Below are positions 19,187-29,761 of a DNA stretch of 61,333 bases, piece after piece (position 1 is the first letter of the stretch; every line of letters starts with the position of its first letter). The DNA lies in the NCBI GenBank assembly GCA_012797605.1, contig JAAZOT010000059.1, positions 1 to 61,333 of the forward strand, read 5' to 3'. A program made the position numbers and the translations under genes. The notes under the pieces are model-generated. The model was not told where the DNA came from and made no database searches. It saw nothing but the letters and a program-made list of their open reading frames with translations. This DNA is from Spirochaetales bacterium (lineage in GTDB: Bacteria > Spirochaetota > JAAYUW01).

Positions 19187-21149
19187 GAAAAACAATATTA
19201 ATGAAATATTCAAGTTTATAATTACTGAAAGAAAATCATTTTTAATAATAGCCATTGTAATAATTTCTTTTCTTTTAATATCAATATTCTTTTACAATGA
19301 TCTTATTAAAGAAGAAAGAACATTTTTCCAAAATAGAATAATTGCTAATTTTAATACCAAATTAGATAGTACTTTATCTTTTATTTCCAAATCTATCTTA
19401 TCATTAAATTTAGATACCCAATCAAATTTAAATTTTTATTCATCAATATTGAATCAGATCGAACAAAATTATTTTATAAATTTTGCAATTATTTTCCCAA
19501 GACTTAGTAACTTAATTGAAATTTCTCAAAAAGAAATTGAAGAGGAAACTAAACAAGATGCATATTTAGGTTATTTATCTGCTTTAAGTGCATATGAAAA
19601 TAAAAAATATCCTTTGGCAGAGTCTTATTTGCTTGAGAATATTCAGACCCAGGGTAATTTTTTATATACAACTATCGAATCATACAGATTACTTATTCAA
19701 ATTTATCAAGAAACAAACAATCTTTCTCAACTATCTATCTACTGTAATAAAGCATTATCATATATTTTATTTAATAATATAAAGACACCATTTTTAATAG
19801 AGATACTTGAAATTTTATATAATATTAATCAAAATATAAACATCAAAAGAAGTATAATAATTCAATCATATTTGTTTTCTAAGATATACTCGCTTAACAT
19901 CCCTGAAAATTATAATATAAGTAAAAAGACAGAAATTAAATCTAAATATATCTTAGATTATATCACTTCTCAATCATTTCAAAAAGAATACTTGACATTA
20001 AAGTCCACAGTTAACAATTCTGGTATCCACTTTTTCAGTTTATTGGATCAAAACAATGCAATATTTATAAATTTTTTTCCCATGAATTCTCAAATAATTA
20101 CTTTAATATACTCTTTTGATCTTGAATATTTTTCGCAACTTATGCTAGATAATTTAAAGTCTTATGAATTTAAGTTTTCAATAAATATGGATGAGTTTAC
20201 TAAAGAAACCGAGGCATATACTCTTTTTAAGGTTTCTGACATAACTATAGGAACATATAGAAAACTCTATATGGCATTGTATGTTAGAAATAGTGAACTT
20301 TTAGGTTATTTAAGCCAGAAGAGATATAGAATAACTAATATAGCCTTTGCCATATTAGTTTTTCTAATATTTATTACAATTTTAATTCTTTTTTCTTTTA
20401 CTTTAAAGGAGTTTACATTAAACAAGTTGAAATCAGATTTTATATCGATCACATCCCATGAATTAAAAACACCTATTACAGCTATGCAATTGATGCTTGA
20501 AACAATTATAGATAGATATCAATCATTAAATGATGATAAAAAGGTTGAATATTTAACCAATATTTTTAAGGAAACAGAAAGACTACTCTTTTTAATAAAT
20601 AACTTATTAATATATTCTAGAAATGAGAAAAATAGACAAAGTATAATTATTTCAAATGTAAATCTTTATCAAATATTAAGTGATGTAGTAGAATTCTTTA
20701 AAATAGATAAAAAATTTATGAAAATATATATTGATTTTCCAGAAAATGATATAATTATTGAAGCAGATACTCATTCTTTAAAACAAGTTTTTTATAATCT
20801 TATAGATAATGCCTATAAATATAGTAAAGATGAAAAAGTGTTAGAAATTAAAGTGATAGATGAAAAAAACTATGTTAAGTTAAAATTTAAGGATAATGGC
20901 ATAGGTATTAATAGCAAGGAATTACCTTACATTTTTGAAAAATTCTATAGAGGTAGTGAGACTAATTTTATTCCTGGAACTGGACTTGGACTAAGTCTTA
21001 CTAAATCTATTATAGAAATGCATCAAGGCAAAATAACAGTTTCTTCCCAGGAAAATATGGGAACTGAATTTACAATAATTTTACCTAAAAAGCAAAAAAA
21101 CTTAAAAAGGAGGCTTTTAAATGAATCAAAAGAAAATCTTACTGGTTGA
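19176..21149 (+). CDS. Membrane sensor histidine kinase
   Basis: Two TMs around a large periplasmic domain. H-box ITSHELKTPI, N-box NLIDNAYKY, G1 DNGIGI, F IFEKFYR, G2 GTGLGLS. Confidence 0.93.
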   Translation: MINEKNNINEIFKFIITERKSFLIIAIVIISFLLISIFFYNDLIKEERTFFQNRIIANFNTKLDSTLSFISKSILSLNLDTQSNLNFYSSILNQIEQNYFINFAIIFPRLSNLIEISQKEIEEETKQDAYLGYLSALSAYENKKYPLAESYLLENIQTQGNFLYTTIESYRLLIQIYQETNNLSQLSIYCNKALSYILFNNIKTPFLIEILEILYNINQNINIKRSIIIQSYLFSKIYSLNIPENYNISKKTEIKSKYILDYITSQSFQKEYLTLKSTVNNSGIHFFSLLDQNNAIFINFFPMNSQIITLIYSFDLEYFSQLMLDNLKSYEFKFSINMDEFTKETEAYTLFKVSDITIGTYRKLYMALYVRNSELLGYLSQKRYRITNIAFAILVFLIFITILILFSFTLKEFTLNKLKSDFISITSHELKTPITAMQLMLETIIDRYQSLNDDKKVEYLTNIFKETERLLFLINNLLIYSRNEKNRQSIIISNVNLYQILSDVVEFFKIDKKFMKIYIDFPENDIIIEADTHSLKQVFYNLIDNAYKYSKDEKVLEIKVIDEKNYVKLKFKDNGIGINSKELPYIFEKFYRGSETNFIPGTGLGLSLTKSIIEMHQGKITVSSQENMGTEFTIILPKKQKNLKRRLLNESKENLTG

Positions 21150-21807
21150 GGATGAAAAAGGGATACGAAATGTTCTTAAAGATAACCTTGAGTATGAAGG
21201 TTACAGTATTATTGAAGCTGAAGATGGTGTAAAAGGTCTTGAAATTGCAAGGAATGAAACCCCTGATTTAATAATTCTTGATCTTATGCTACCACAAATG
21301 CATGGTTATGATTTTATAAAACAATTGAAAAAAACACATCCTGCTATACCAATAATAATAGTTTCTGCAAAATCTGAAGAGATTGATAAGATTAAAGGAC
21401 TTGATCTTGGTGCTGATGATTATATAACAAAACCTTTCCAGATAAGAGAATTAGTATCTAGAATCAAAGCAATATTTAGAAGATACAATAAAACTCCAGA
21501 AACTATTCAAAGTTTTTCTTTTAAGAATTTTATGATCGATTTTGATAAAGGTATCTTTTATAAGAATGGTGAAAAAGTAGATATTTCATTCTATGAATTT
21601 GAGATATTGAAATTTCTTATCCTAAATAAAAATAAACCAGTTACTAGAAATGATATAATAGAAACAGTCTGGAAGGCTGAGGGAGCTATTTCTTCAAGAA
21701 ATATTGATACCCATATCGTAAATCTAAGAAAATTAATAGAAGATGATCCAGCAAACCCAAAATACATTAAAACTGTTTTTAGAATTGGATATAAATTCGA
21801 AATTTAA
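21121..21807 (+). CDS. OmpR/PhoB family response regulator
   Basis: LLVEDE, ILDLMLP, GADDYITKPF, winged-helix IDTHIVNLRK...IKTVFRIGYKF. Confidence 0.95.
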   Translation: MNQKKILLVEDEKGIRNVLKDNLEYEGYSIIEAEDGVKGLEIARNETPDLIILDLMLPQMHGYDFIKQLKKTHPAIPIIIVSAKSEEIDKIKGLDLGADDYITKPFQIRELVSRIKAIFRRYNKTPETIQSFSFKNFMIDFDKGIFYKNGEKVDISFYEFEILKFLILNKNKPVTRNDIIETVWKAEGAISSRNIDTHIVNLRKLIEDDPANPKYIKTVFRIGYKFEI

Positions 21808-21962
21808 TTATTTACAAAATATTGTAGATATTTTTTTTAAGTATTTTTTTCATAAATGTTTACTAAATTGAAATTGATTAAGCATTTTATAATTTATTGT
21901 TTTATTTTATAAAATTTAAATGAATTGGTGTGTATAAAGCAATTTTTTTATATAAAGCTCTT

Positions 21963-22502
21963 TTAAAGAGTATCTAATGAATTATCCATAGATTGTTGAA
22001 TAATATTCTCAATGTTTTGCTCTGTTTCTGCTAATGAATTGAAAAGCTCTTTATCTATTAATTTAACTATAAAGGGATCTTTTTCAAGAATAAGAAGGGT
22101 TTGAGAATCCTCCCATATAAATTGTTTTTGATTTACAATTGGTGTACCATATTTTGAGTATAATCTTGAATATTCTTCATAAACTGAAATATATTTAGAT
22201 TCAAAAAAGAAGATAATCATAGAAAGTGTGTCTCTGTAAAAAAAGAAAAGTATTTTTCTAAAATATGGAGGAAATATAGTAGCTACTACGCTTTTATCTG
22301 GTTGATTAAAATATACTTCAAGTTCACCTTGAATTGTTATATTTTTCTCTTTTGCAATTTTTTCAAATTCAGTTCTTTGTATACCTAGGTTTATTCCTTG
22401 AAAAGATCTACTAATTTTTAAATTTTCATTATTTTGTTGAGCTATGAGATTAAAACAAAATATGAAGATAAATATAATTAAGATAACTATTTTTTTAAAC
22501 AT
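21963..22502 (-). CDS. Secreted hypothetical protein
   Basis: Signal peptide MFKKIVILIIFIFIFCFNLIA. Last gene of the mre-rodA run. Confidence 0.65.
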   Translation of the reverse strand: MFKKIVILIIFIFIFCFNLIAQQNNENLKISRSFQGINLGIQRTEFEKIAKEKNITIQGELEVYFNQPDKSVVATIFPPYFRKILFFFYRDTLSMIIFFFESKYISVYEEYSRLYSKYGTPIVNQKQFIWEDSQTLLILEKDPFIVKLIDKELFNSLAETEQNIENIIQQSMDNSLDTL

Positions 22503-22538
22503 ATAAAAATAAATCCTTACAAAAAATTATATTTACTC

Positions 22539-23339
22539 CTAATTTTTATAATTGTAACTCAAATAGGCAGCAGCTATTGAGAAAGCAGATGCAACATTAA
22601 TTACATTTTTAGTTCCAAATTGAGGTATTTCCAATATTAAATCTGCTCTTTCTAAAATATCTTCGCTAACTCCGAATTCTTCATTCCCTATAACTAAAGC
22701 AATTTTATCTGTTATTTTAACTTCCCATAAATTCTGGGACCCTTTCCTTTTTTCTAAAATGACTAATTTAAAATTTTCCTTCTTTAAAAAACTAGTTAAT
22801 TCATCTATATTATCTATAAATACTATTTCAATTAGTTTTTCGGCATTCATAGATGTTCTATAAATTTTTTCTAAAGGTAGTTTTGATGAAATCCCATATA
22901 GAATCACAATACTAAATCCAAAGGCTTCAGCACTTCTTATTATTGAGCCAACATTAAAAGGTGACCTTATATTATCTACTATTACTACAAAGTTATTTAA
23001 TTTCTTTACAGAATTTCCATATTTCGTATAGTTTATATAATCAGATTCAAAGTTGCTTAAACCTATCTTATCTGACAAATTATTTCTTATTTCTAAAAGT
23101 AAATTCTTTATTGGATTTTGTTTTTGAGATTCAAAATTGGTCAAAATCTTATTTAATTCAAATTCTAAACTAGATAATTTGCCGTGTATTTTTAGGTATC
23201 TATCTAATTTTTGTAGATCTGCTAATAAATTTGATCTTTCACCTATATCTAAATCAAGTAGAATTTTATCTGCTAGATTAAAAATTTTTTTTGCTTGATT
23301 TTTCTTGCCAAGCTTTTCGAAATTTTCAAAATTTCCCAT
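22539..23339 (-). CDS. TrmH/SpoU family RNA methyltransferase
   Basis: DNIRSPFNVGSIIRSAEAFG, VIGNEEFGV, LEIPQFG..INVASA. Confidence 0.9.
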   Translation of the reverse strand: MGNFENFEKLGKKNQAKKIFNLADKILLDLDIGERSNLLADLQKLDRYLKIHGKLSSLEFELNKILTNFESQKQNPIKNLLLEIRNNLSDKIGLSNFESDYINYTKYGNSVKKLNNFVVIVDNIRSPFNVGSIIRSAEAFGFSIVILYGISSKLPLEKIYRTSMNAEKLIEIVFIDNIDELTSFLKKENFKLVILEKRKGSQNLWEVKITDKIALVIGNEEFGVSEDILERADLILEIPQFGTKNVINVASAFSIAAAYLSYNYKN

Positions 23340-26038
23340 TATTCTATATAAATAAACCTTTTTGAAAAAATATCGAAATTTATCTTTAAGTTAGCCTCAT
23401 TAAGCAATTTTATAACATTAGTTTGATTTTCTTTAAGTTCTGTTTTCAATTTTATTACATTTTCACTTATAACAAATTTAATATCAATAAGATTAATACC
23501 TTTATTCTTAAAAAGATCTTCTATATTATTACGAATATTTATTATATTCATCTTAAATATTTCGTTTTCATTAAATTCTGTCTGGAAAGGGATTATTAAT
23601 GATTGAATAACTTTAGTTTTATTTCTCCAAGATTTTATCGATTCTATTTCTTCTATCATTTCAAACTTAAAACCTTCGGGTAGGAATTTATTGTAAAGTT
23701 CACAGAACTTTTTATTATCAATTATAAGATTAAATGATTCAAATAAAACAATATCACCAAAAGACTCCATTCCTATAGGTGATGGAAATGGGAAAAAGAT
23801 TTTTGGCATAGGATTAAATCCCTTAGAATATTCAAATTCTATGCCAATCATTTTTAATATTCTTATAAAAGTTTGGTAAAAATCAAGATGACCTAAAAAT
23901 TTATAATAATTAGACTTAGAAAATCTTAAAAGATAGGTCTTTTTCTCCTTTATTTTAGGCAAATTTGTATTTTGAAATTCTTTATCTACCTCTTCTAATG
24001 CAGATAGAATTTGGTCTTTTGTATATAATTTAGAAATTGAATTTTGAATATCATCTTTACAAATAGTACAACCTTGACAACTTGAGTTTAAGCAACTTTG
24101 AGTAATTTTACTTTCTCTGTACCTTTGTTTTTCTTCTTTAAGATAATTTGAATATTTATCTGTTTCAAAAATCGATACCAAATCAACTTTATGAGAAATG
24201 CAATATGGTTTCTGAGAATAGATGTCTAGAATTTGATAAAAATCTTTATTCTTTTTCTCGTCCCAAGCATCAAAAGATATATTTTCATTATAAGCAAGAC
24301 CTAAAATATAAGAGGCATCAAAAGAAGCATTTGCAAAATAATATTCAATAAAAGAAGAATATGGGTCATGATATTTTATAGAAATTCGACTCCCTTTGAA
24401 ACTAGTTTTAATTTTATTTACCTTTTTAATAAATGAATCTATCGAGATTTGTTCATCAAAACAAAAAGGAGTGAAAGGTTTAGGTATAAGCAAAGCTATA
24501 CTAATATTAATATTTAATTTTGGAAACTTAGATTTAATCTTTTTAAGAAGCTCAATAATTTCATCTTCCTCATTTGAAATTTCTGGAAACCCTATAATAA
24601 AATATAATTTGACAAGTTTCCAGCCTTTTGCATACAGATTTTCTATTATATTGAAAAATTTATTTTCATCAAACTCTTTATTTATTTTATCTCTAATTTC
24701 CTTACATCCTGCTTCAACAGCAAAAGTCAACCCTGCCTTTCGAACAGAACTAAGAGAATCAAATAGTTCTAAATCAAAAGAAGAAACTCTCAATGAAGGA
24801 ACGGAAATCGAAATATTTTTATCATTACAATAAATTTCAAGAGCATGAATTAGTTGTTTTATATTTGTGTAATCCGCAATTGATAAACTTGATAAGTTAC
24901 ATTCTTCATACCCAGTCATTTTTAATGACCTTATAGCAAAAGTTGCCACCTCTAGTGCATCTTTCTCCCTATATGGCCTATAAATAAAAGAAGCTTGACA
25001 GAATCTACATCCATTTAAACATCCTCTTGCCACTTCAATAGATAACCTATCTTGTACCGTCCTAACAACTGGTAAAATATTTACTAAAGGATAGTTAATT
25101 TTATTTAAATCTTTTACTATTCTTCTTTTTATATTTATATTTTTCAAATCTGGAAATCTAACTTTATCCTTCAAATAACTTAAAAATTGAATATGACAGT
25201 CATCAATTCTTTGGTCTTGTTTGACTGATTTCTTCACAATAAAATCAGTTTCAATTTTTATAAAAGTATTATCTTTCTTAAAATCTTCATAGTGTTTTTG
25301 AATGGTTTCATTAAATGAAAAAATACCTGTAATTTCAGTTAATTTTTTTATTCTTTCGTATCTAGATAACTTTCTTTTTTTATTTTCTTTATCCATTTTT
25401 ACTATTTCATATATTGCTTCTTCCCCCTCTCCAAGAAAGAATAAATCGATAAAAGGCGATAAAGGTAAAGGATTGAATGTAGAAACGCCACCAATAATAA
25501 TTATAGGGTCTTCTTCGTTTCTTTGAAAGGTAAATGGAAGAATCTTAGCTAGTTTAAATAAATAAAGAATATTTGTATATGTTAATTCTGTTTGTAATGT
25601 AATAGTCCATAGACTGAAATCCTTTACTGGAGTCCAGGATTCTAAAGATAGTAATGGTATATCTTCTAAAAGTAATAATTTATTTAAATCATCATCAGGT
25701 AAGAAAACTCTTTCACATCTCACATCTTCAATGCTATTTATAAAATCATAGAAATATTTAATTGTTAGATTGGACATTCCAATCTCATACATATCAGGAT
25801 AAGTTAAAGCAACATTATATAAGTCACTTTTAGTATTTGAAAAGTGGTTTCTTTCTATTTCAATAGTATTATTATAAGTAAATTTTCCTGGTATAATATT
25901 ATGAATGGAATAAGGCTCTAAACCAATATATCTAGCTGGTTTTAATACTTTTTTTAAAATAGCCTCAAATTTATCTTTGTATTTAATATTTTTAATATAT
26001 GCTTGATCGAAATATCTTTCTTGAATTTTATTTATCAT
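23339..26038 (-). CDS. TIGR03960-type radical SAM protein fused to a DUF2344 domain
   Basis: KPARYIG, YPDMYEIGMSN, RGCLNGCRFC (CxxxCxxC), GLTFAVEAG, second Cys cluster CLNSSCQGCTIC, C-terminal FLGHLD...YSKGFNPMPK. Confidence 0.85.
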   Translation of the reverse strand: MINKIQERYFDQAYIKNIKYKDKFEAILKKVLKPARYIGLEPYSIHNIIPGKFTYNNTIEIERNHFSNTKSDLYNVALTYPDMYEIGMSNLTIKYFYDFINSIEDVRCERVFLPDDDLNKLLLLEDIPLLSLESWTPVKDFSLWTITLQTELTYTNILYLFKLAKILPFTFQRNEEDPIIIIGGVSTFNPLPLSPFIDLFFLGEGEEAIYEIVKMDKENKKRKLSRYERIKKLTEITGIFSFNETIQKHYEDFKKDNTFIKIETDFIVKKSVKQDQRIDDCHIQFLSYLKDKVRFPDLKNINIKRRIVKDLNKINYPLVNILPVVRTVQDRLSIEVARGCLNGCRFCQASFIYRPYREKDALEVATFAIRSLKMTGYEECNLSSLSIADYTNIKQLIHALEIYCNDKNISISVPSLRVSSFDLELFDSLSSVRKAGLTFAVEAGCKEIRDKINKEFDENKFFNIIENLYAKGWKLVKLYFIIGFPEISNEEDEIIELLKKIKSKFPKLNINISIALLIPKPFTPFCFDEQISIDSFIKKVNKIKTSFKGSRISIKYHDPYSSFIEYYFANASFDASYILGLAYNENISFDAWDEKKNKDFYQILDIYSQKPYCISHKVDLVSIFETDKYSNYLKEEKQRYRESKITQSCLNSSCQGCTICKDDIQNSISKLYTKDQILSALEEVDKEFQNTNLPKIKEKKTYLLRFSKSNYYKFLGHLDFYQTFIRILKMIGIEFEYSKGFNPMPKIFFPFPSPIGMESFGDIVLFESFNLIIDNKKFCELYNKFLPEGFKFEMIEEIESIKSWRNKTKVIQSLIIPFQTEFNENEIFKMNIINIRNNIEDLFKNKGINLIDIKFVISENVIKLKTELKENQTNVIKLLNEANLKINFDIFSKRFIYIE

Positions 26039-27372
26039 CAGGATACCGAATATCTTTTCATTGAAATATTTAATACTATCATATAGGCAAATATTGAAGT
26101 CATTAAACTCGAACCACCATAAGAAATGAAAGGAAGTGGAACACCTGTAATAGGCATAAGTCCTATTGTCATACCGATATTTAATATTGTTTGATTAAAA
26201 AAATAACCAAATATACCGGCAAGAACAATTTTATAATAATAAGAAGTTGTGATCTTAATCAAACTTAAAATCTTATAATATATTATCCCCCACATTATTA
26301 AAATACCGAAGGAAAGTAAAAATCCCCCCTCTTCACCAATAATTGAAAAGATAAAATCGGTACTTCTTTCAGGTAAAAAGCCAAATTGACTTTGAGTTCC
26401 CTTGAATAGACCTTTACCAAAAAGTCCTCCAGCACCTATGGCTATCTTACTTTGAATTATATTGTATCCAGATCCAAGTTTATCCAACTCTGGATTTACA
26501 AATACTAAAAGTCTTTTTTTTTGGTAATCAGCTAAAATTTTATCTGCAATAATGCTCAATATCAATGATAATCCGACTCCGATAAAAATTATAGAAATTC
26601 TCATCAATAAGCGAGACTCAAAGTTTATAGAAATAAGTAAAATTATTATCCCTGTTATAATTAATAATAAGCTAATAATCAAAAAATACTTATTTGAGAA
26701 TATAATATTTTTTATAAAAACAGAAGTATCAATTATTTTAATATATACTCTAAGAAGAGGCAAAGAGAAAATAAAAATACCCATTATTATCATTAAAATT
26801 AACATTTCCGAATTCAAATCAGCAAAAAATCCAATAGTTATAAAGATCAATAAAAAAATAAATGCTGAACCGAAATCTGGTTGTTTAAGTATCAATAATA
26901 CAGGTATAATTGTAATTAAAAGAGCTATAAAAAAGAATTTGATAGATTTCCTATATTTATCATCATTCTGATACAATGAAATTATTTTAGATAAAAATAA
27001 TATATAAAAAATTTTCATGAACTCTGATGGTTGAATGCCTATTGGTCCAAACCTAATCCAACTTTTTGAACTTCTAACTCTTGTACCAATAAGTAAAGTT
27101 AAAATCAGAAGAAATATTCCAAAAAGATAAATAAACTCAGAAATATCATTTATTTTTTTTAAGTCGATTAACAATAAAAATATTCCAAAGATCAATCCAA
27201 TGGATCCATAGATAATCTGATTCAAAAACCTATATTTTAAGCTGGATATATTTTTTGTTCCTGAATAGATAAACAATACGGAAACTACCATAAATATTAG
27301 CAGAATAATTAGTAAAGGTAAATCTATAAATGATATTTTAATCTTTTTATCACTCATTTTTTTTGTTTCCAA
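26038..27372 (-). CDS. rodA: Rod shape-determining SEDS protein RodA
   Basis: GIQPSEFMK, LKQPDFGSA, GYNIIQSKIAIGAGG, FLPERSTDFIF, PITGVPLPFISYGGSS. Confidence 0.95.
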   Translation of the reverse strand: METKKMSDKKIKISFIDLPLLIILLIFMVVSVLFIYSGTKNISSLKYRFLNQIIYGSIGLIFGIFLLLIDLKKINDISEFIYLFGIFLLILTLLIGTRVRSSKSWIRFGPIGIQPSEFMKIFYILFLSKIISLYQNDDKYRKSIKFFFIALLITIIPVLLILKQPDFGSAFIFLLIFITIGFFADLNSEMLILMIIMGIFIFSLPLLRVYIKIIDTSVFIKNIIFSNKYFLIISLLLIITGIIILLISINFESRLLMRISIIFIGVGLSLILSIIADKILADYQKKRLLVFVNPELDKLGSGYNIIQSKIAIGAGGLFGKGLFKGTQSQFGFLPERSTDFIFSIIGEEGGFLLSFGILIMWGIIYYKILSLIKITTSYYYKIVLAGIFGYFFNQTILNIGMTIGLMPITGVPLPFISYGGSSLMTSIFAYMIVLNISMKRYSVS

Positions 27373-27392
27373 ATTATATTTTCATGAAAACT

Positions 27393-29213
27393 TTACTCAT
27401 CATCTGTTGGTTTAAGACCTTTAGAAATAAGTTTTAAATATTTTTTGTACCATGCTTTTTGAATATCCAGCCGTGCTTGTTCTAAAGTTTTATTCCCAAA
27501 ATACATATCAAAAAGAATTGATGCTATAGGAGCTGCAATTGAAGCGCCATATCCAGAATTTTCTACCATTACAGTTATTACAATCTCAGGGTTTTCATAA
27601 GGACCAAATGCAGTAAACCAAGAATGAGGAAGCCCCATGCTTTGAGCGGTCCCAGTTTTACCTGCAATTTCAATCTCTGCGGTGGTTCCACCATATCTTG
27701 CTGTTCCCTCTTCTACAACCTTTTTCATCGCTTTTTTTACATATTTCCATACCCAATCCGCTATATTAGACTTCAGATAAATTTTAGGTTCTATTTTGTG
27801 AATAACCGTATTTGTATTGAGATCAACTATTTCATTAACGACATGTGGAAGGTAGTTAAAACCTTCATTTGCAATCATTGCAGTTGCAAGATTCATCTGC
27901 AATGGGGTTACCAATAAAAATCCCTGTCCAATTGAGATATTCAGGGTATCTCCATCGAACCATGGTTCATTGTACTTATTTATTTTCCACTCAGAAGATG
28001 GGATAAAACCATTTGATTCTCCAGGTAAATCTATACCACTTGCTTTTCCAAAACCTAAAATTCTTGCATATTGATTGATAGTTGAGATAGATGTTTTTAA
28101 TGCAGTATTATAAAAAAAGATGTTACAAGACTCTTTGATAGCACCTTCTAAATCAAGTAGACCATGTCTTCCAAGACATTTGAATTCTCTATCGCCCAGT
28201 TGAAATATATGATTGCAAACGAACTTGGTATTTGTATCTATTGCTTTAGAATCCAAGGCAAGAACAGACATAAATATCTTAAATGTCGAAGCTGGAGGAT
28301 ATTCAGCACTTATAGGTCTAAATAAAAATGGATTGTCTGGATTATTGTTTATCTGATTGAATTGTTCTGTTGTCATACCACTTATGAATAAATTTGGATC
28401 AATCGATGGGGAAGAAGCAAGAACCAAGATTTCCCCAGTTTTAGCATTTGTAACTATTACACTCCCCCTATAGCCTTGAAGAAGTTGAAATGCCGCTTGC
28501 TGAAGTCGTGAATCTATTGAAAGTCTAAGAGAATATCCATTTTCAGGTTCATAAACTATATTAGAGTCAATAATTTGACCCGTTGCATTTGTTTTTAGTG
28601 CTTTCTTGCCTTTTTTCCCTTTTAAGTATTCATCATAATATTTTTCTAAACCAAGTTTTCCTAATAAATCATTTCTATCGTATCCTTTTTTTGAAAGATA
28701 AATAAGCTCATTTTGATTAATCGGACCTAAATATCCTAATAAATGAAACATTATTTCACCAAAAGGATAGAATCTATAATAACTATTTTCACATCTAATA
28801 TCTGGATATTCATCGGAATTTTCAAGTAATGCAGCTAAAACTTTTTCATCAGAAATCTGGCTGATAAATATTTTATCTCCAAAAGAAATCCTTTCATACT
28901 TGTCTTTTAACGAAGAATAATCAAACTGTAATATCTTTTGTAAAAAATTAAGTTGTTGATCAACCTCAGAAAAATTTTTCCTTTTTTTTATAAGAAAGAT
29001 CTTCCAAAGAGGTCTATTATTAGCCAAAATAATATTGTTTTTATCAATAATAAGCCCTCTTAATGGTTCAATCGGTTCATATGTTTCAAGGTTTCTAATG
29101 GAACTTATAAGATAATTATAATTAGATATTATTTGAAGATTTAATAATCTGAAAGAAAAAAGAATTAAAACACCTATGGAAAATAAGATTAGAAAGTTAA
29201 CTTTATTTTTCAT
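27393..29213 (-). CDS. mrdA: Penicillin-binding protein 2
   Basis: RGLIID, GKLGLEKYY, SxxK (ASTFK), SCN, KTGTAQ. Lies between mreD and rodA. Confidence 0.93.
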   Translation of the reverse strand: MKNKVNFLILFSIGVLILFSFRLLNLQIISNYNYLISSIRNLETYEPIEPLRGLIIDKNNIILANNRPLWKIFLIKKRKNFSEVDQQLNFLQKILQFDYSSLKDKYERISFGDKIFISQISDEKVLAALLENSDEYPDIRCENSYYRFYPFGEIMFHLLGYLGPINQNELIYLSKKGYDRNDLLGKLGLEKYYDEYLKGKKGKKALKTNATGQIIDSNIVYEPENGYSLRLSIDSRLQQAAFQLLQGYRGSVIVTNAKTGEILVLASSPSIDPNLFISGMTTEQFNQINNNPDNPFLFRPISAEYPPASTFKIFMSVLALDSKAIDTNTKFVCNHIFQLGDREFKCLGRHGLLDLEGAIKESCNIFFYNTALKTSISTINQYARILGFGKASGIDLPGESNGFIPSSEWKINKYNEPWFDGDTLNISIGQGFLLVTPLQMNLATAMIANEGFNYLPHVVNEIVDLNTNTVIHKIEPKIYLKSNIADWVWKYVKKAMKKVVEEGTARYGGTTAEIEIAGKTGTAQSMGLPHSWFTAFGPYENPEIVITVMVENSGYGASIAAPIASILFDMYFGNKTLEQARLDIQKAWYKKYLKLISKGLKPTDDE

Positions 29214-29724
29214 ACATTTTTTTTGAAAGCAAATTAATAACTGGAGGAATTGTGATAATAATATATAAGAAAGGCACTATTACTAAAGTATATAAAATAT
29301 GTATGCCATATGATAACAATGTAGCAGAATAAAGTGTGAAAATCTCCTTAAAGATATAACCAAAAATATAATAGATAAATAATTTAATAAATAAACTTAA
29401 CAATGTTAAAAGTAAATAGAAAGGAAGCGTTTTCATATATAGTAAAGATTTAAACTTAAAAAGTAATGCAGATATAACTGAAAAGGTTAAGGCATTTAGC
29501 CCTGCAAGATTACCAGAAAAAACATCTAGTAAAAAGCCACAAATAAATGAGTAAATCAAAACTTCATAATCATCTGCAATTTGAAAAAGCAAAATTATGG
29601 ATACTAAAATTAAATCTGGCATTACATTTCGGATTGACATTATTCTATTAAAGATTGAAGAAAGTTGAATAAACAATAAAATAGAACCAAAAAAAATATA
29701 AAAGATAATTCTTTTAAAATTCAT
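29203..29724 (-). CDS. mreD: Rod shape-determining protein MreD
   Basis: Hydrophobic, PDLILV, GFLLDVFSG..G. Synteny. Confidence 0.88.
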   Translation of the reverse strand: MNFKRIIFYIFFGSILLFIQLSSIFNRIMSIRNVMPDLILVSIILLFQIADDYEVLIYSFICGFLLDVFSGNLAGLNALTFSVISALLFKFKSLLYMKTLPFYLLLTLLSLFIKLFIYYIFGYIFKEIFTLYSATLLSYGIHILYTLVIVPFLYIIITIPPVINLLSKKMYEK

Positions 29725-29761
29725 TACAATTCCAATAGTATTTATATATTATTCTTTAAAT

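Noticed and set aside
11429-21807. tRNA-Leu or tRNA-Gln as an island integration site
   Set aside because: No integrase and no duplicated tRNA 3' end seen. The flanking genes are chromosomal types.
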